Both the position numbers and the translations under genes were made by a program. The notes beneath the pieces are model-generated. The model had not been told where the DNA came from, searched no databases, and was given only the letters and a program-made list of their open reading frames with translations. Shown here in pieces: positions 30,069-43,700 of a DNA stretch of 64,000 nucleotides. Position 1 is the first letter of the stretch. Every line of letters starts with the position of its first letter. The DNA lies in assembly GCF_009834535.1 (NCBI RefSeq), contig NC_045707.1, forward strand, positions 52,206,001 through 52,270,000, in the 5' to 3' direction. The stretch comes from Camelus ferus. Its lineage: Eukaryota.

Positions 30069-30571
30069 CATTAGAATGGCTTAATAATAGCTAAATGATA
30101 TTTATATATCTTATTTCCAACCACCAAATTTACCCAAGATATCTATTGTATCAGCACGCCTTGAAGAGCAAATGACAAACACTGTGACCAACAGTATATA
30201 ACCAAATGGCTATGTGTTGGTTGTTAACTGAGAAGTATGGAGGGAATGCATTCCCTGAGTTGATTCAGTGACTTATTCATCCTTTTCCGCCATCCTGCTG
30301 CTGTTTTTTTTTTTTTATCAAGTTAGTGATTTCATCTTCACATGGTAGCTGCTCAGCTCTGACTACCATATCCTGTGAGGGGGGTGCACACAGCAATGAG
30401 GAAGAATCCAGATGAGCTCTCTTCACAGTATATCTGTCTTTATTACAGGGAGAAAAATCACTCACATCTACAATAGACTTAATTTTATGTTTCATTTATC
30501 CTGAACTGGGTAACATGCCCATGCCTGTACTCATTCCTGGCACAGTGGGGACAAGATCACCATGATTAGTT

Positions 30572-30743
30572 TAGCCATTGTTTCCAGTTGGCAACATTGG
30601 CATTTTGGATGAGGCATTTCTTTATAGTGTAGAACTGTCCCACGATCCCTAAGCAGTAAATGCCTGTAGCTAATGATCATGACAACCAGCATCATTCTTC
30701 ATACTTCCTGGAGGGTCAGTACTCCCATCTGTTGAGAACCAGT
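30572..30743. mobile_element. MER20-like hAT-Charlie MITE
   Basis: ggcattttgga...actgtcccacg...atgacaacca...gttgagaaccagt terminus. Confidence 0.55.
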
Positions 30744-33479
30744 AAGTAGAACATCCTCAGTTCATCTTCCCAGGGTAGGTGTGTTGCCAAGAGAATAAAT
30801 TAATTTATTGTTTAGCGTGGGAAAGGGGAGATCAGTCTTTGGTAGGTGGCCAACAGTATCTGTGACACCTCTGGAAGGAAACAAGTTAATGGTTTGATTA
30901 TGTCGTATTTACTCATATATTCCCCTTTTAACAGATAATATAGGAGGACATACTTTAGTTCCAACTTCTGTTTGTTAATTGTGTTTTATTGTTTCATCTC
31001 ATTGAAATTTCATTTTCTTACCTCTGAAATCTCCTGAATGAATTGCTTCTAATCCTAAACCTTTGGAATGTAATTTTTTTTTTTTGCTTCAAGTAATATG
31101 AAATAGATAGATTGTAATTGAGAGGTGATGCATACAATAATTTAGAGTTTTTCTATGAGATTCTGTAGCTTTCCACAAAAGGAAACCTTGTGAAGCATTC
31201 TCTGAGGAGTAAATAAGAACATTTGTTTATCCATTTGTCCTAACAAATTTAGAAAATACTTACTACCTAATTGTAATTATAAGAAAAATAAGGTTAAATA
31301 CATTTTTTTTGTTTAATTTCTCTCAAAACTCAAAAGATAACAATGCTTTGCCTGGGAAAATTGACCTTCTAAGTTTTGTTAAATTCACATGTCTGTGTAT
31401 ATATACAAATACTTTAAAAAAGCAAATATTTTTCTTAGCTAATTGTAAATTGAAATACTTCACAATAGCAGTGGAAGTTCAAAAATTTAAATCATCTATG
31501 TATCAAATTTAGTTCATTTTTAATAATATGATTGTTTATACTATACAAGTTGTTTTCCCAACAATGGTAATTTTCCTTTAACAATTACCATAGGAAAAAG
31601 AAATGTTGTCAGCAGGTAAAATGTTCATTCAATCATTCACTCACATATTTATCAATCAAAAATTTACTGAATACTTTAGTGCATATGCCTGAGACTGAAT
31701 AATTTGGCTGCTCAACATTAACTGTTTTGCATGTCTAACTCCTATCCATTCTTTAAAACTCAGGTAAAATATCATTTGCTCTAAAAGCCTTCCCTCACCA
31801 CCTTGTCTTGATTAAATATTCTTCTCTGTGGGTTTTATTGTACCCTGAGCTCCTTAGGCTGTTAGGGCACTTACCACTCACTGAAATTACCTATTACTTG
31901 CTCTTCCTCCATAAGATCATAACATTTATCTTGGTATCTCTGGTACCAGACACTGTGCTCATCTTCTAGATGTATATGATTTAATAATCATCACAATCCT
32001 ATAAATCAGGGTAATATTATAATTATCTTTATTTTATTGGTAAGAAAACCAGGATATAAGAAGCATAGATAACTCATTTTATACTGCTAATATACTGCAG
32101 AACTCGAGTAGAACCCAGACCAGCTTTGTTCCTCAACCATAAATTTATAAATGCCAACTTCTTGATTGAATAAATTAAGCTACCAACTTGCTCAGTGAAT
32201 ATTACCACTAGACCTTGTCAGCCACACACACACAACTTCCTTTCGTCCAGAAATGAATGATATTTCTTCCTCTCTAAAGAGACTGGCATATTTACATGTG
32301 CATTTTCCCAGTATGACTTGTGTGCATTCACTACCGTTTCACATTCTGATTAGCCCCTTACTGTTAAGCAGCAAGAAAACTTTGGCACAACTGTCATCCC
32401 CATTTCCATGCTCAGTACCAATAGAATAAGCAGCATCTTTGTTTTAATTCTAAAAATCAAAGTTTACTAGTGATTTCTCATATGTTGAAATTTCTTTCTC
32501 TGTATTGAGATATTTTCAGACTATAGTTATTTCACCTCTTCAGTTGCTTTTCATGTCACCCCAAAAGGATCTTAAGTAAAGCTTCTGAAAAACTCAAGAC
32601 CTCCATTGCTGACAGTTGCCCGGTTTTAATAGATTTTTTAGGGAAAACAAATTTGGAATGTCCTGTCCCATAAAATAAGAAAAAGGAAAAATTGTTAAGT
32701 GATTTAGTGACCCCACATTCTGTAGCCTTTCAAATTCTTCCTGGAAGATAGGTCAGTTTTTGTTTTTAATTTTAAAAAATAGTTCCATGTGGTTAATGCA
32801 TGGATAATATCGGGGTCATGTAACCAGAAGAATTGGGATCACCTCTTTGTTCTACCACATGGAAGTTCTATGTCTTTGTATCTGAAGCCAGTCTTCCAGA
32901 GACTCATTTTCTTATATGAAGTTCCAATCCCTTGTTTTGTGAGTAATTTTTGTAGTATTAAAATTTTTAAGTAATTAAAATGTTAAAGGTGCATAACTGG
33001 GTTGATTTATCTTTTTATCAATTAAGAAACACATATTTTAAAAAAAGATTGTGACTATTGGTCCGAAATTTGTATTGGACATCTTTACTGAGCAGTGATT
33101 CAAAATTGAATTACAAACTGGCATTGTAAAATGTTTCCTATTTCTGTATTGATGTAATCTTAAGGGTGTCCTCAAATGCATTATTCTTTGCAAACTGAAT
33201 TGCTAAAATCAAAATAAATTATGTTATCTTATTCAGAAATGTTAAATGAATTTTATACATCATAATATAAAGCATTTCTGCTATTGTTATTTATTTCCCA
33301 TGAATATTTGCCTAAATTAGATTATAAATACTAACTCACTACTCAATAATAAAATATAAAACATTAGACCTTAAGCATATAAATTGAATTAACTTAAAAA
33401 TAAATCTGTTTCTTAACTATAGTACTTAAGAAAATGTACCACTTTCTTTAACAATAATAATCCAGAAAGTCATTTGTGT

Positions 33480-33958
33480 ATTTGTGATCTATATAACAAT
33501 AATTCTGTATTAAAAAAACAACTTCAAATTCTGGCTTACAACAAAACTCTCAAATCTGAATCAAGTGTGGCTCTGCTGGATTTTGATGGAATTAGTTCAG
33601 TGACTCTGTGTCAGTCTGTGGTTCAGCTGAGCATGGTTCCGGGATCTCAGCTGTGTTCAAATATGTTTCATTGAGTCTACACTTCATGAGTCTGGAGCCA
33701 GGCTAGATATAGACTACTAATGGAGTGAAAGCTGTCTCATAGAGGATCCTAGGAGGGCATAAGCCAAATCAAATTGCACAAGCACATTGTAAACGTCTAT
33801 GCTCTCATATTCTTTAATGTGGCCAAAACAAGACACGTGGTGAAAGCTACTCACATGCCCACACCCAAAGTCATTATTATGGGGAAATATACTGTACCTT
33901 AAGAGGGGAAGAGAGAGAAAAAGTGAACATTTACTAAATAATAATTCAATTAATGACA
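33480..33958 (-). mobile_element. Old MaLR solo LTR (MLT1H/MLT1I-like)
   Basis: ggcttacaacaa...tgcacaagcacatt...tggccaaaacaagacacgtgg...cccaaagtca...ggggaaatatact...aataataattcaat. Confidence 0.7.
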
Positions 33959-36429
33959 TACAATATTCATTTGCAAGTAATGTAAAATTTTGACAGTCAT
34001 ATTTTGGGAGAAAAAGCCCTCAGTATTAGACATAACAAACTGTGAAGCAGGATAATTTTATAATTAAACTCGGTAGCTTCAGTGAGAGTCACCTTATAAT
34101 TTAAAAGTTCTTTCCATAAACTAGAGGGAAAAATAAATGTTGTATTTAGAAATGAAGCCAAGGAGTTTATTGATTATCAAGTTTCAATGATACACAGTGT
34201 GTTTCAATGGAAAGATCTCTTTGGATGCAGTTTTCATTTAATTTCTCTTATCTCCTTCTCTGATAAATCTTGAAGGCCCATGTGTAAAGTAAGTTTTATT
34301 ATTTGATGTCTAAGGACTGCTTTAAAAATTATATTTTTGCTTTACAATATTGTTTAATTGTCTCCAGTACTTCTTTTTATATGAAAAGAAAGAATCCTAA
34401 TGAGCTAACTTCTCATTCCAAATCTTTAAAAAATAATATGCAAAATGATGTAATTGTGCTCATGTTGGAAATCATAGTACATTTCCTTTCCTAGAAGGAT
34501 GATAAAATTAAAGTTATGCAGTAGGTATTGGTTTCCTTACCACATTTATATTTTCTCTCCAAAATGTATATTTGAATTTAATTAAATACAAACTCATAAA
34601 TAACATTATGAAAGCTTCTGATTTTTTTCACATTCTTCTGATAGAATGAGAACTCTAATATTTTAATAATACATTATTATTACAGTCTTCCTGCTGCATT
34701 TATAAAAATGCTTTGCAGAAATCATTTAAGATAGATGACTTGAATATTTATATTACTGAAGTAGAAAGAAATTTCAGCAGCCGTGTCTGAATTATAAGCA
34801 TCTATTCTGTATTGCACATAAGTGCCTTAGCATTAATATCTTGAAACTACTCTCTTACTGAATTTCATAATACTAGTTCGTGTTCCTACTTCATAAAACA
34901 ATAGGGCATTTTGTCATAGGGCTTTTAAAATATACACATTCATCAAATTATGATTAGCTAAGGTCAAGCTTGCAGCTACAAATAACATCCACCTTATTTG
35001 ATAAATAATGCAATAAAATACCATTAACTGCTCAGTGTAATGGATGATCTACTTCCTTCCCCTTCTGTTGCTCTGCTATAATCTTTAGGGCTGCAGAAGT
35101 CACACTACAGCTCCAGTAATAATGAGCTTGTTATTGAATCCATTAACTTAATATTTTTCCATTTTATTGCACATTCTAAATAAAATAACCAATTGACATC
35201 ATTTATAAATAATACCATTGAACATTCGTTAAATAGATTTTTACTGTGATTCCTCCTTCCATTGCTCTTTGTATGTAGCTCACGGATTTATTTATAAATA
35301 TAAATAAATATAAATGTATAATATAAATATATAAATAATATGTAATCTAAACAAATATTTTCACAGTTCCTTTAATTTAAAAAGTCAACTGTGTTTATGA
35401 ATATTATATATTTCACTCTAAATGGATAATTATAGTATATAATGTGTGAAGTATATACATTTCTTACTGTTACTGCATTCTATATGTGAGTGTGTACACA
35501 TTTATACATATATACACACACACATATATATATATACATACTCATATATAGATTGCAATAATAAGAAAAAGAAGGATAACCCAACTATTAGCTTATGTGA
35601 ATCTTGAAGTCAGAAGGTGCCCAATCATTATCTCTGAGGAAATCAGGGCTAGCAAGTACAAAGACAGTAAAATTTGTATTGCTGTGAGCTCACAATCATT
35701 TGGAAAGGCATTGAGACATGAAAGGATTAATTCAGACAACTATTTACATTTTGTATTTGGAAAGAGTCTGTTAGAAGGGAGAGAAACTTGTTACAGTACT
35801 TGAAATATTAACATCAGATATGTAATACTCATAATATTCTACTAATATTTAAGCCAATTTGTACAAAATTAGGGATAAATATGATAAATTGTGTCCATGC
35901 AACTCACTTAAAATTTCATTCATTTGGTAATTCAGACTTCTGAGAACAAAATAATTTAAAGTGATATGTTTAATTAACTGGTTATGCAAACACAATAGCT
36001 ACATTGAGTGTTTTATAAATATATTTGTGCTATGTAATTAATAAGTCAAATAGAAAAAGAGACAGTTCCTATCAACACTTTACAAATACAATGATGTAAT
36101 TCAGTTTTTAGTAATATTTTACTGAGGTCCACTGAGAACTTTGAATTAACTTTATTCCCTAGTCATTCTTTTCCCAATGAAAATTGTAGTCCAAAATATT
36201 ACATTGTTGTTTGAGTTCAAGCAATTTCTTACCCTTTTTTGCCTTTAGTTACCACATGGAACAAACTTTGAGGTCAGCAGAAACAATGCAATTGTAAAGG
36301 AGACAAATAAGCTTGTATACAATTTTGTGTCACAATATGCATCTAAAGTAACCTTTTAAAACAAAATGTGTTTCACTGTGATAGTGAAGTCCTGAGAATG
36401 AACAAAGACTTCTCCACAAGGACCAGGAA

Positions 36430-37350
36430 ACTCATTCATCCGTGAGCACTAGCTGTATGTGCCAGTGACTAAGAACATAGGGATTAAAGAAGGTCCTGTT
36501 TCTTCAAGAGTTTACTGCGTTGTAGAAGGAGTCTACTATGTGTGTGTGTGGTGGGGGGTTGGGGGGCGGGGAGTGGGCAAATGCAGTACCCTTCCCAGCT
36601 AGACTCTGTGTTCTGTAAAGACAGGCCAGGAAGCCACCTCTTCTGCTTACCGTGTATCCCTTGCATTCCCTGGAACCAGCACCATATCTTGTACATAACT
36701 GATTCTCCCAAATAATATTGATAGATAAGAGTAGCAGTGCTGTTAGTAGAAGCTTAAGAGAGGGCACATAGGATGCACATCTCAGCTGTAATGGAAAATA
36801 GAAAAAGATACTGTGAGGAGGTGCCATCTGGATTTAACTTTCAGCCCATGGAGGAACTAGCCAAGTGAATGACGGACCTGGGCAAGACAGGTGTGAGTAG
36901 ACAGCACATGGCATACAGGTAGGAGGAACAGCAGGTGAACAGGCTAAACCCCACAACGTTCATGATGCATTTTAACTAGCGTCCAGTGGCTGTAGTGGAC
37001 TGTGCCTAGTGGTGAGTAGCAAGATACGAGACTGGCAGTATGTGAGGACTCTCATCACAAAAGCCACACTTGCTGTGCATGAGCCATTCGATTTCATCTT
37101 ACAGATGATGAGGAGCCAATGAAAGACTTTAAGGACAAGAGCTTCAAGCTGATATTCTCTTGTCATACAATCACTCTGGTATCCAGTTGGAGGGGAGAAG
37201 TTGAGACAAGCAACTAGTTAGGAATCTATTGCGCTAATTATGAACATGACATGACATGAACAGAGCCCCCAATAAAGGATAGGTAATAAGAGAGGAGTAT
37301 ATGAGTCGATTTGAAAGTTGTAGGAGGTGGAAAGAACAGGGTTTACTGTC
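36430..37350 (-). mobile_element. Degenerate L2 fragment
   Basis: cattcatcc...gagcactagctgtatgtgccag end; gaggagccaatgaaagactttaag; tcactctgg; ctagttaggaatctattgc. Confidence 0.65.
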
Positions 37351-37474
37351 AAGAAAAACATTTTAGTATGAAAAAGGCCCAAAGGAACTGAAATGTATCA
37401 CTTTATTATTGTTAATTATTACATCTCATTCTTGTTTTGTTTTACATCATCATGCCAGTCACCAATTAAAACAT

Positions 37475-37545
37475 TATGCTGGACACCAGAAATTGACACA
37501 TTGTACCTGACTATATGTCACATTTTTTTGTAAATAAAAATAAAA
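37475..37545 (+). mobile_element. Ultra-short L1 3' terminus insertion
   Basis: tatgctggacaccagaaattgacacattgtacctgactata matches the reverse complement of the L1 end at 11310-11351; approximate TSD aattaaaacattatg / aataaaaattatg. Confidence 0.8.
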
Positions 37546-38164
37546 ATTATGTAACTCTCCGTAAGATCCATTGCTTTAGCACCTGCTATGTAAGCAAATG
37601 ATCACTTATATGTACTATATAAGAAATACTATGCAGTGCTAAGGAATGCTATAGCAAGCTACACAGAAAGACTTAAAACATTTTCTCTCTCTCTAGTTGT
37701 ATTTTAAATGGTAACGTATAATTTTTAAAATACTTTTCTTACTAGACATGAGGAAAGACTAGGTACATGGGGGTGCCTAGACAAGGGATAGGGGTTAGGA
37801 GAAGTTAAGTGGATCAAAAATTGGTTAAAAATTGACACTGCAAATCAACCATCTAAAAGAGAGCAGATTACTGAGTAGACCCGTTGACAGGTATCTGTAT
37901 TTGCACAGAAGCAGGGGAGCAGGTTGTGAAAAACAGCAAGGAAGAGGCCATATGAAAAGGATGTAGCAGCTATAAATTTACAGAGGCTGAGATTCTGTCC
38001 TTCCCAGAGTGCTGGTCATGAGCAGAAAGATAGTCCTATATTAATTTGATTAATGTGGCAGACACCTTAATGATGCTGTTACAGAAAGCAAATGATAGCA
38101 TTTAAATATTTTGTTACATTTCAGTATAAATTGGATAAAGGAGAACAATTAAGTCTTATTCTCT

Positions 38165-38360
38165 GAAAGGCAGGATATTTTCACAGTTTATATTTGATTT
38201 CTTGCTCTGTCACATACTAGTTTGTAAATTTGGGCAAGATGTTTGGTCTCCTTTAAGCTTCATCACAAAGTAATAATGAGGGCATACGTTATTTTGTTTT
38301 CATGAGGATTAAGTGAAATGTAGATGTAAGTGGCTTCGCACAGTCTCTGGTGTAACGTTT
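38165..38360 (+). mobile_element. MIR SINE
   Basis: gctctgtcacatactagtttgtaaatttgggcaag...tgaggattaagtgaaat...cacagtctctgg. Confidence 0.75.
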
Positions 38361-38501
38361 AGGGCTAGTCTCATCATGAATTTTCATCTATTTACTATTT
38401 AAGGTGCTGAAGAGACAGCCCTGATTAAAATAAGAAATCCATGCGTTCGTGGAACTTATCTTCTACTGAGCAAAATTGCCATAGTCATTGTCTCATTTTA
38501 G

Positions 38502-38619
38502 AATTCCTAGTGTTTTCACCTCTGACATCCTATGTACGGTGTTCCAAAGTGTACAGAATGCTGAGGCAGTGGATGCCGCAAAGCCGCTCAGTTCTATTCA
38601 TTCTGTTAAAAATCATTAA
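38502..38619 (+). other. Candidate exon (unverified)
   Basis: Acceptor tgtctcattttag at 38489-38501; donor GTGAGT at 38620 overlapping GTAAGT at 38624; CpG-retaining; no recognisable repeat. Confidence 0.3.
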
Positions 38620-39661
38620 GTGAGTAAGTCTTTTTAACTAAGAGAAAGGGAAACGAGATATAACAGCATTTCAGAAAATGGGTGAATTTCTTCAGTTTCT
38701 TTTCAACGAGTACAATATCAGTGAAACCTTCTGTAGCGGCTCTGTTTCTTAGCATTTTCTACTTTACAGGAAGTATGTGAGTTGTGATGTAAATCAAGAA
38801 TTATTAAGCAGAACAGACTTAAACATATTCTAGTGTTACAGCACATTAGTCAGTGTTATCACAGAAAAAGGAAGAAAAATGAATCATGTAAGAAATAATT
38901 GTGCTAGGCCTATTCATTTCTCGTCTTCGGCTCGTTCAACAACTTCCTAGGAAACCAGCACATTTAGAAGTCACTGAGGAAAAGGTTAGAATAATACTTG
39001 ACTGAACTATTCAGTCCTACACACTGCCCACTATGAACCCCATACATTTCTCCATGCAATGAATCAATTCTTGGTTTGTGAATTTGCTGTGGGTTGTTAA
39101 AGGAGTACATTTAATAAGAACCCCTTCTGCTAAATCAGGGGAGAAATGAAGTTCTGGATTGAAGAATGGCAGAATGGGAGAAAAAAACATGGCATGACAG
39201 AGATGAGATCATTGAAAATTGTAGCAGCAATGAGCAATGATAGTTGAAAGAACAATTTTAATTAATTTTCACCTATTTTAAACTAAAAGAAGCCCATTGT
39301 TTATATAGGTTACCCCTAGAATGCTTAAAGCAAGCAGTTTTTCCCTTCATTCACTCAGAAAATATTTATCTACTGCTAACTAGGTGCCAAGTACCTTTTT
39401 AAGCAATCTTGCTTTTGAGTCACAGGATACCTGCTGATATTATTTATTACCATTTCATCTTAAAATGGTAGAGGAATAAATCCAGTAAGCATATAGATGT
39501 TTAAAACCAGAATATTATTTTTATTGTTTCTTTTAATAAAAAGATTACACAGTCATAGAAATATCTAGAAATAAAGGTTAAAAAGCAGAGTAGCAATACA
39601 CAATTTCTACCAGTGTCAGCATCTTAAGGTTATATCCCTCTCTCCAATTCTCTCTAGATAC

Positions 39662-39697
39662 GTGGTAGGTGGGTAGGTAGGTGGATAGATATACACA

Positions 39698-39736
<39 letters not shown>

Positions 39737-39790
39737 GTCTGTCTGTCTGTCTATCTATCTATACACACAAACACACACATACACACAATT
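39662..39790. repeat. Compound tetranucleotide STR (GGTA)n / (ATCT)n(GTCT)n / (CA)n
   Basis: Directly visible. Confidence 0.95.
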
Positions 39791-39794
39791 ATGT

Positions 39795-40500
39795 ATAGGT
39801 ATAATGAGATCATATTGAAAGTTGTATGTAATTTGCTTTTTCACTTAAAGATAGGTGCTGTATCTTATCCATGCCAAATGTAAATGTTCATGCAAATCTA
39901 CTTGGGCAAATGTGAAAAAAAATGTGTTACTTCTCTAATTTAACCACTCTCTGCTTGGTAGGGTCATAAAGTTTTTTCAGGTATTCTGCAACTTTAACAG
40001 TGCAGCATGAATATTCTTATAGATAAATCTTTGCCTCAGTTCTTAATTAGCCTCTTGGGATGATCACTTAGAAACAGAATTAATGAGTCAAATGGTATAT
40101 ACATATTTAAGACATTGGATCATATGGTTAATTTATATCTAGAAGATAAAATATTAGTATAAAGAGTGTCTATTTCCTAGAAATTTTTCCAATATTGTAA
40201 AATACAATTGTCAATCTGAGAGGTGGAAATGATCTTGGACATGTGTGCTAATTTGCAATTTTTAACTCACTCTCAATACAGAACATCGTTTCATATTTGA
40301 TGGGATTGGCTTCTCTCTCTCTCTTTATCTCTGGAATATGTTTTTATGTGTGGACAGCAGGTGGACAGTCACATTACCTATTCACATTCTATCCGTTTCC
40401 TATTGGGTACTAATGTGTTTCTTAAAGACTTACAAGCTGTCTTATAGTTCTAAATTTGTGGTTACTTCCCCCATTTTTTCATTTTTCTTATGAACTGTTT
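39795..40500 (-). mobile_element. Very old L1 (L1ME-like) 3' fragment
   Basis: ttgctttttcacttaa; tttaaccactctct; tgcagcatgaatattctt; tagaaacagaattaatgagtcaaatggtat; taatttgcaattttt. Confidence 0.65.
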
Positions 40501-40744
40501 TTGTTTCTGTTTAATATATATGATATGGCCTCTCTCATTTAGTCATTCTACAAATATTTATTAAGATCCTATTGTATTTTACAAATTGTTCTAGTCACAG
40601 GGGAAAGTAGCAATGTACAGAAATATCTTTTTCCAACTAAAAATTGCATTAATATACAATACAATTTTGATTTATTTAGAATTATTATTTACAGGGAGAA
40701 GAATAGTGTAATATAAAAATATAATTTTACTTTCTAAAATAATT

Positions 40745-43700
40745 GCACAGCTGCATTACTGTCAGACACAACAGACTTCAAAGAAAATATTATTAGGGAT
40801 ATAAAAAGACATTAGTAATGGAAAAAGGGGTCAGTTCTCCAAGAAGCCATAACAATCCTTCATGTATGTGAGCCTAAGAATGAGGTCTCAAACTATTGAG
40901 AAAAACGCTACTAGACTTGCAAAGAGAAGTAGATGACTTTGCTCTCAGAGTTGAAGACTTTAATGCTTCTGTGTTGAAATGGACAGATCCAGCAGTCAGA
41001 AAATCAGCAAGGACATAGTTGAAGCCAACAACACCAATTGCTATTCTAGACAACTTCATCCAGTAACAGCAGGATACCTGTTCTTCTCAAGTGTGCATGT
41101 AACATTCACCAAGATAGGCTGCACTCTGGGCCATAACACACATCTTTACAAATTCAAAAGGATAGAAATTATACAATGTCTGCATTCAGATCCTAGTGGA
41201 ATTACAGAATTAAACTAGATATCATAATAGAAACATAATTGGAATATCTTGAAGTATATGGAGATTAAACAACACATTTCTCATTAACATATGAGTCAAA
41301 AAGAAATCCTAAGATAAATTTTAAAATATTTTGAGCTAAATGAAAATGAAAAAAATCTTACCAAAATTTGTGTGATGTAACAAAAGTTTAGAAAAAAATT
41401 TATAGTGTTGAATGCACATATTAGAAAGAAATGTATCTAAAATCAATGATCTAAGTTTCAACTTTAGGAAACTAGAAAAAGAAAAGCAAATAAAATCCAA
41501 AGTAAGCAGAAGGAAATAAATAATAAAAACTATAGCAGAAATCAATAAAATTAAAAATTGAAAATCAATAGAGAAAATCTATGAAATCAAAAGTTGACCT
41601 TTGAAAAGATCAATAAAATTGATAAGCTTCTATTCAGGCTAACTAAAAAAAAAGAGAGAGAGAAAGAGAAGACACAAATTACCAATACGAGACATGAGAG
41701 AGAGAACATCACTTCAGATCCCATGGAAATTAAAAGGATAATAAAGGAATTCTATAAATAGCTCCATGCCCACAATTTTATAACCTAAATGTAATGGACT
41801 AGTTTTTTTTGGAAGACATAATCCACCAAAACTCACACAAGAAGAAATAGTCAATCAGAATAGGCCAATATTAAATATATTGAATCAATGGTTGATAACC
41901 TTTCAAAACAGAAAGCATCAGGCATAGCTGGATTATCTAGTGAATTCTACTAAATATTTAAGGAAGAAATTATATCAATTCTCTACAATCTCTTTCAGAG
42001 GACAAAAGCAGAAAAAATATTTCCTAACTCATTCTCTGAGGCAAGCATTACCCCTAAAAGCAAAACAACGCAAAGACATTACAAGAAAACACATTGCACA
42101 CCAGTATCTTTCATAGATGAAAAAATCCTCAAAAAAAATCAGCAAATTAAATCCAACAACGTATAAAAGGAGTTATGCAACACAACCAAGTAAGATTTAT
42201 CCCCGGTATACAAGGTTGGTTCAACATTGAAAATTTAATTAATGCAATCTATCACATCAACAGACTAAAAGAGGAAAGTCACATGATAATACCAGTAGAT
42301 AAAGAAAAAGGATTGGACAAAGTCTAATGCTAATTCATGATAAAAATTCAGTAAACTCAGTAAACTAAGAATAGAAGAGAATTTTTTATCAAACTGATAA
42401 AAAAAAAAAAGGTACAAAAAGCCTACAGCTGGCATCATACTTAATGGTAAGAAACCCGAACCTTTCCCACTGAGATCAGATATAAGGCTAAGATGTCCTG
42501 TCTTACCACTCCCTTTCATCATGGTAGTGGGAGTTCTATTGCAATAAGAAAAATAAAGAAGAGAGAGGAGAGGAGGGGAGAGGAGAGGGGAGGAAAGGAA
42601 TACAGATTGAGAAGGAAGAAATACAGCTGATTTGCTCACAGATAATGATTACCTATGTAGAAATTCTGAAAAGATCAATTTAAAAAAATATGTCCTATAA
42701 TTAATAAAAGATTATAGCAGGGTTGCAAGATATAAGATCAATATAAAAAAGTCAACCACTTTCCTATATGCCAGCAATTAACAGGTGAGATTTTAAATTA
42801 AAGACACAATGTCATTTATATTAGCACCAAAAATATAAGTAAGTAAATGCGTAAGTACTCAGGTATAAATCTAACAAAATATGTATAAGATCTATATGAG
42901 AAAAACTACAAAACTCTAATAAAACAAAATCAAAGAACTAAATAAATAGATATTCCATGTTTGAAGATAAGACGACTCAATATTTTTAAGATGCCAGTTC
43001 TTCCCAACTTGAACTATAGGTTCAATATAATCCCAGTCCCAAATCTCAGCCAATTATTATGTGGATATTGATAAACTCATCTAAAAATTTTATGGAGACA
43101 TAAAAGACCTAGAATAAACAACACAGTATTGAGGAAGAACAGAGTTGGAGAATTGACACTACCTGCCTTCAAGACTTACTATAAATCAATGTTAAACAGT
43201 ACACTATGGCACGGGCAAATGAATAAACACATAGATCAGTGGAACAGAATAAAGAGCTCACAAAATAGATGTACATAAATGTACTCAACTGATCCTTGAC
43301 AAAGAAAAAAAGACAATACAGTGGAGCAAAAATAGGCTTTTCACAAATAGTGCTAGAACAGCTGAACATCAATCCAGGAGAAAATCTAGGTATCCTTGCA
43401 TACGATGATTACTTTTTAGATACAACACCAAAGACTCAACCCATGAAATTATCAACTGATAGTTTGGATTTCATTAAAATGAAAAATTTCTGCTCTGCAA
43501 AGGACAATTATCAAAACAGTAAGAAAAGCCACAGATGGGGAGAAAATGTTTATAAAAGACACATTAGATAAAGGTCTGTTATTCCAAAAGTACAAAGGAC
43601 TCTTAAAACTCAACAATAAAAAAATAAGCAGTCTGATTAAATCCAAAGACCTTAACAGACACCTCATCAAAGAAGGTATACAGATGACAAGTAAAAATAG

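Noticed and set aside
31022..31060. Minus-strand micro-exon with strong GAG/GTAAGA donor
   Set aside because: No polypyrimidine tract upstream (A-run on that strand)
32253..32429. 58-aa ORF (MNDISSSLKRLAY...) after a good acceptor at 32250
   Set aside because: No recognisable homology, only a weak donor, and out of phase with the other candidate exons
38567..38572. Iron-responsive-element-like CAGTG loop
   Set aside because: Sixth base is G and the flanking 5-bp stem does not pair
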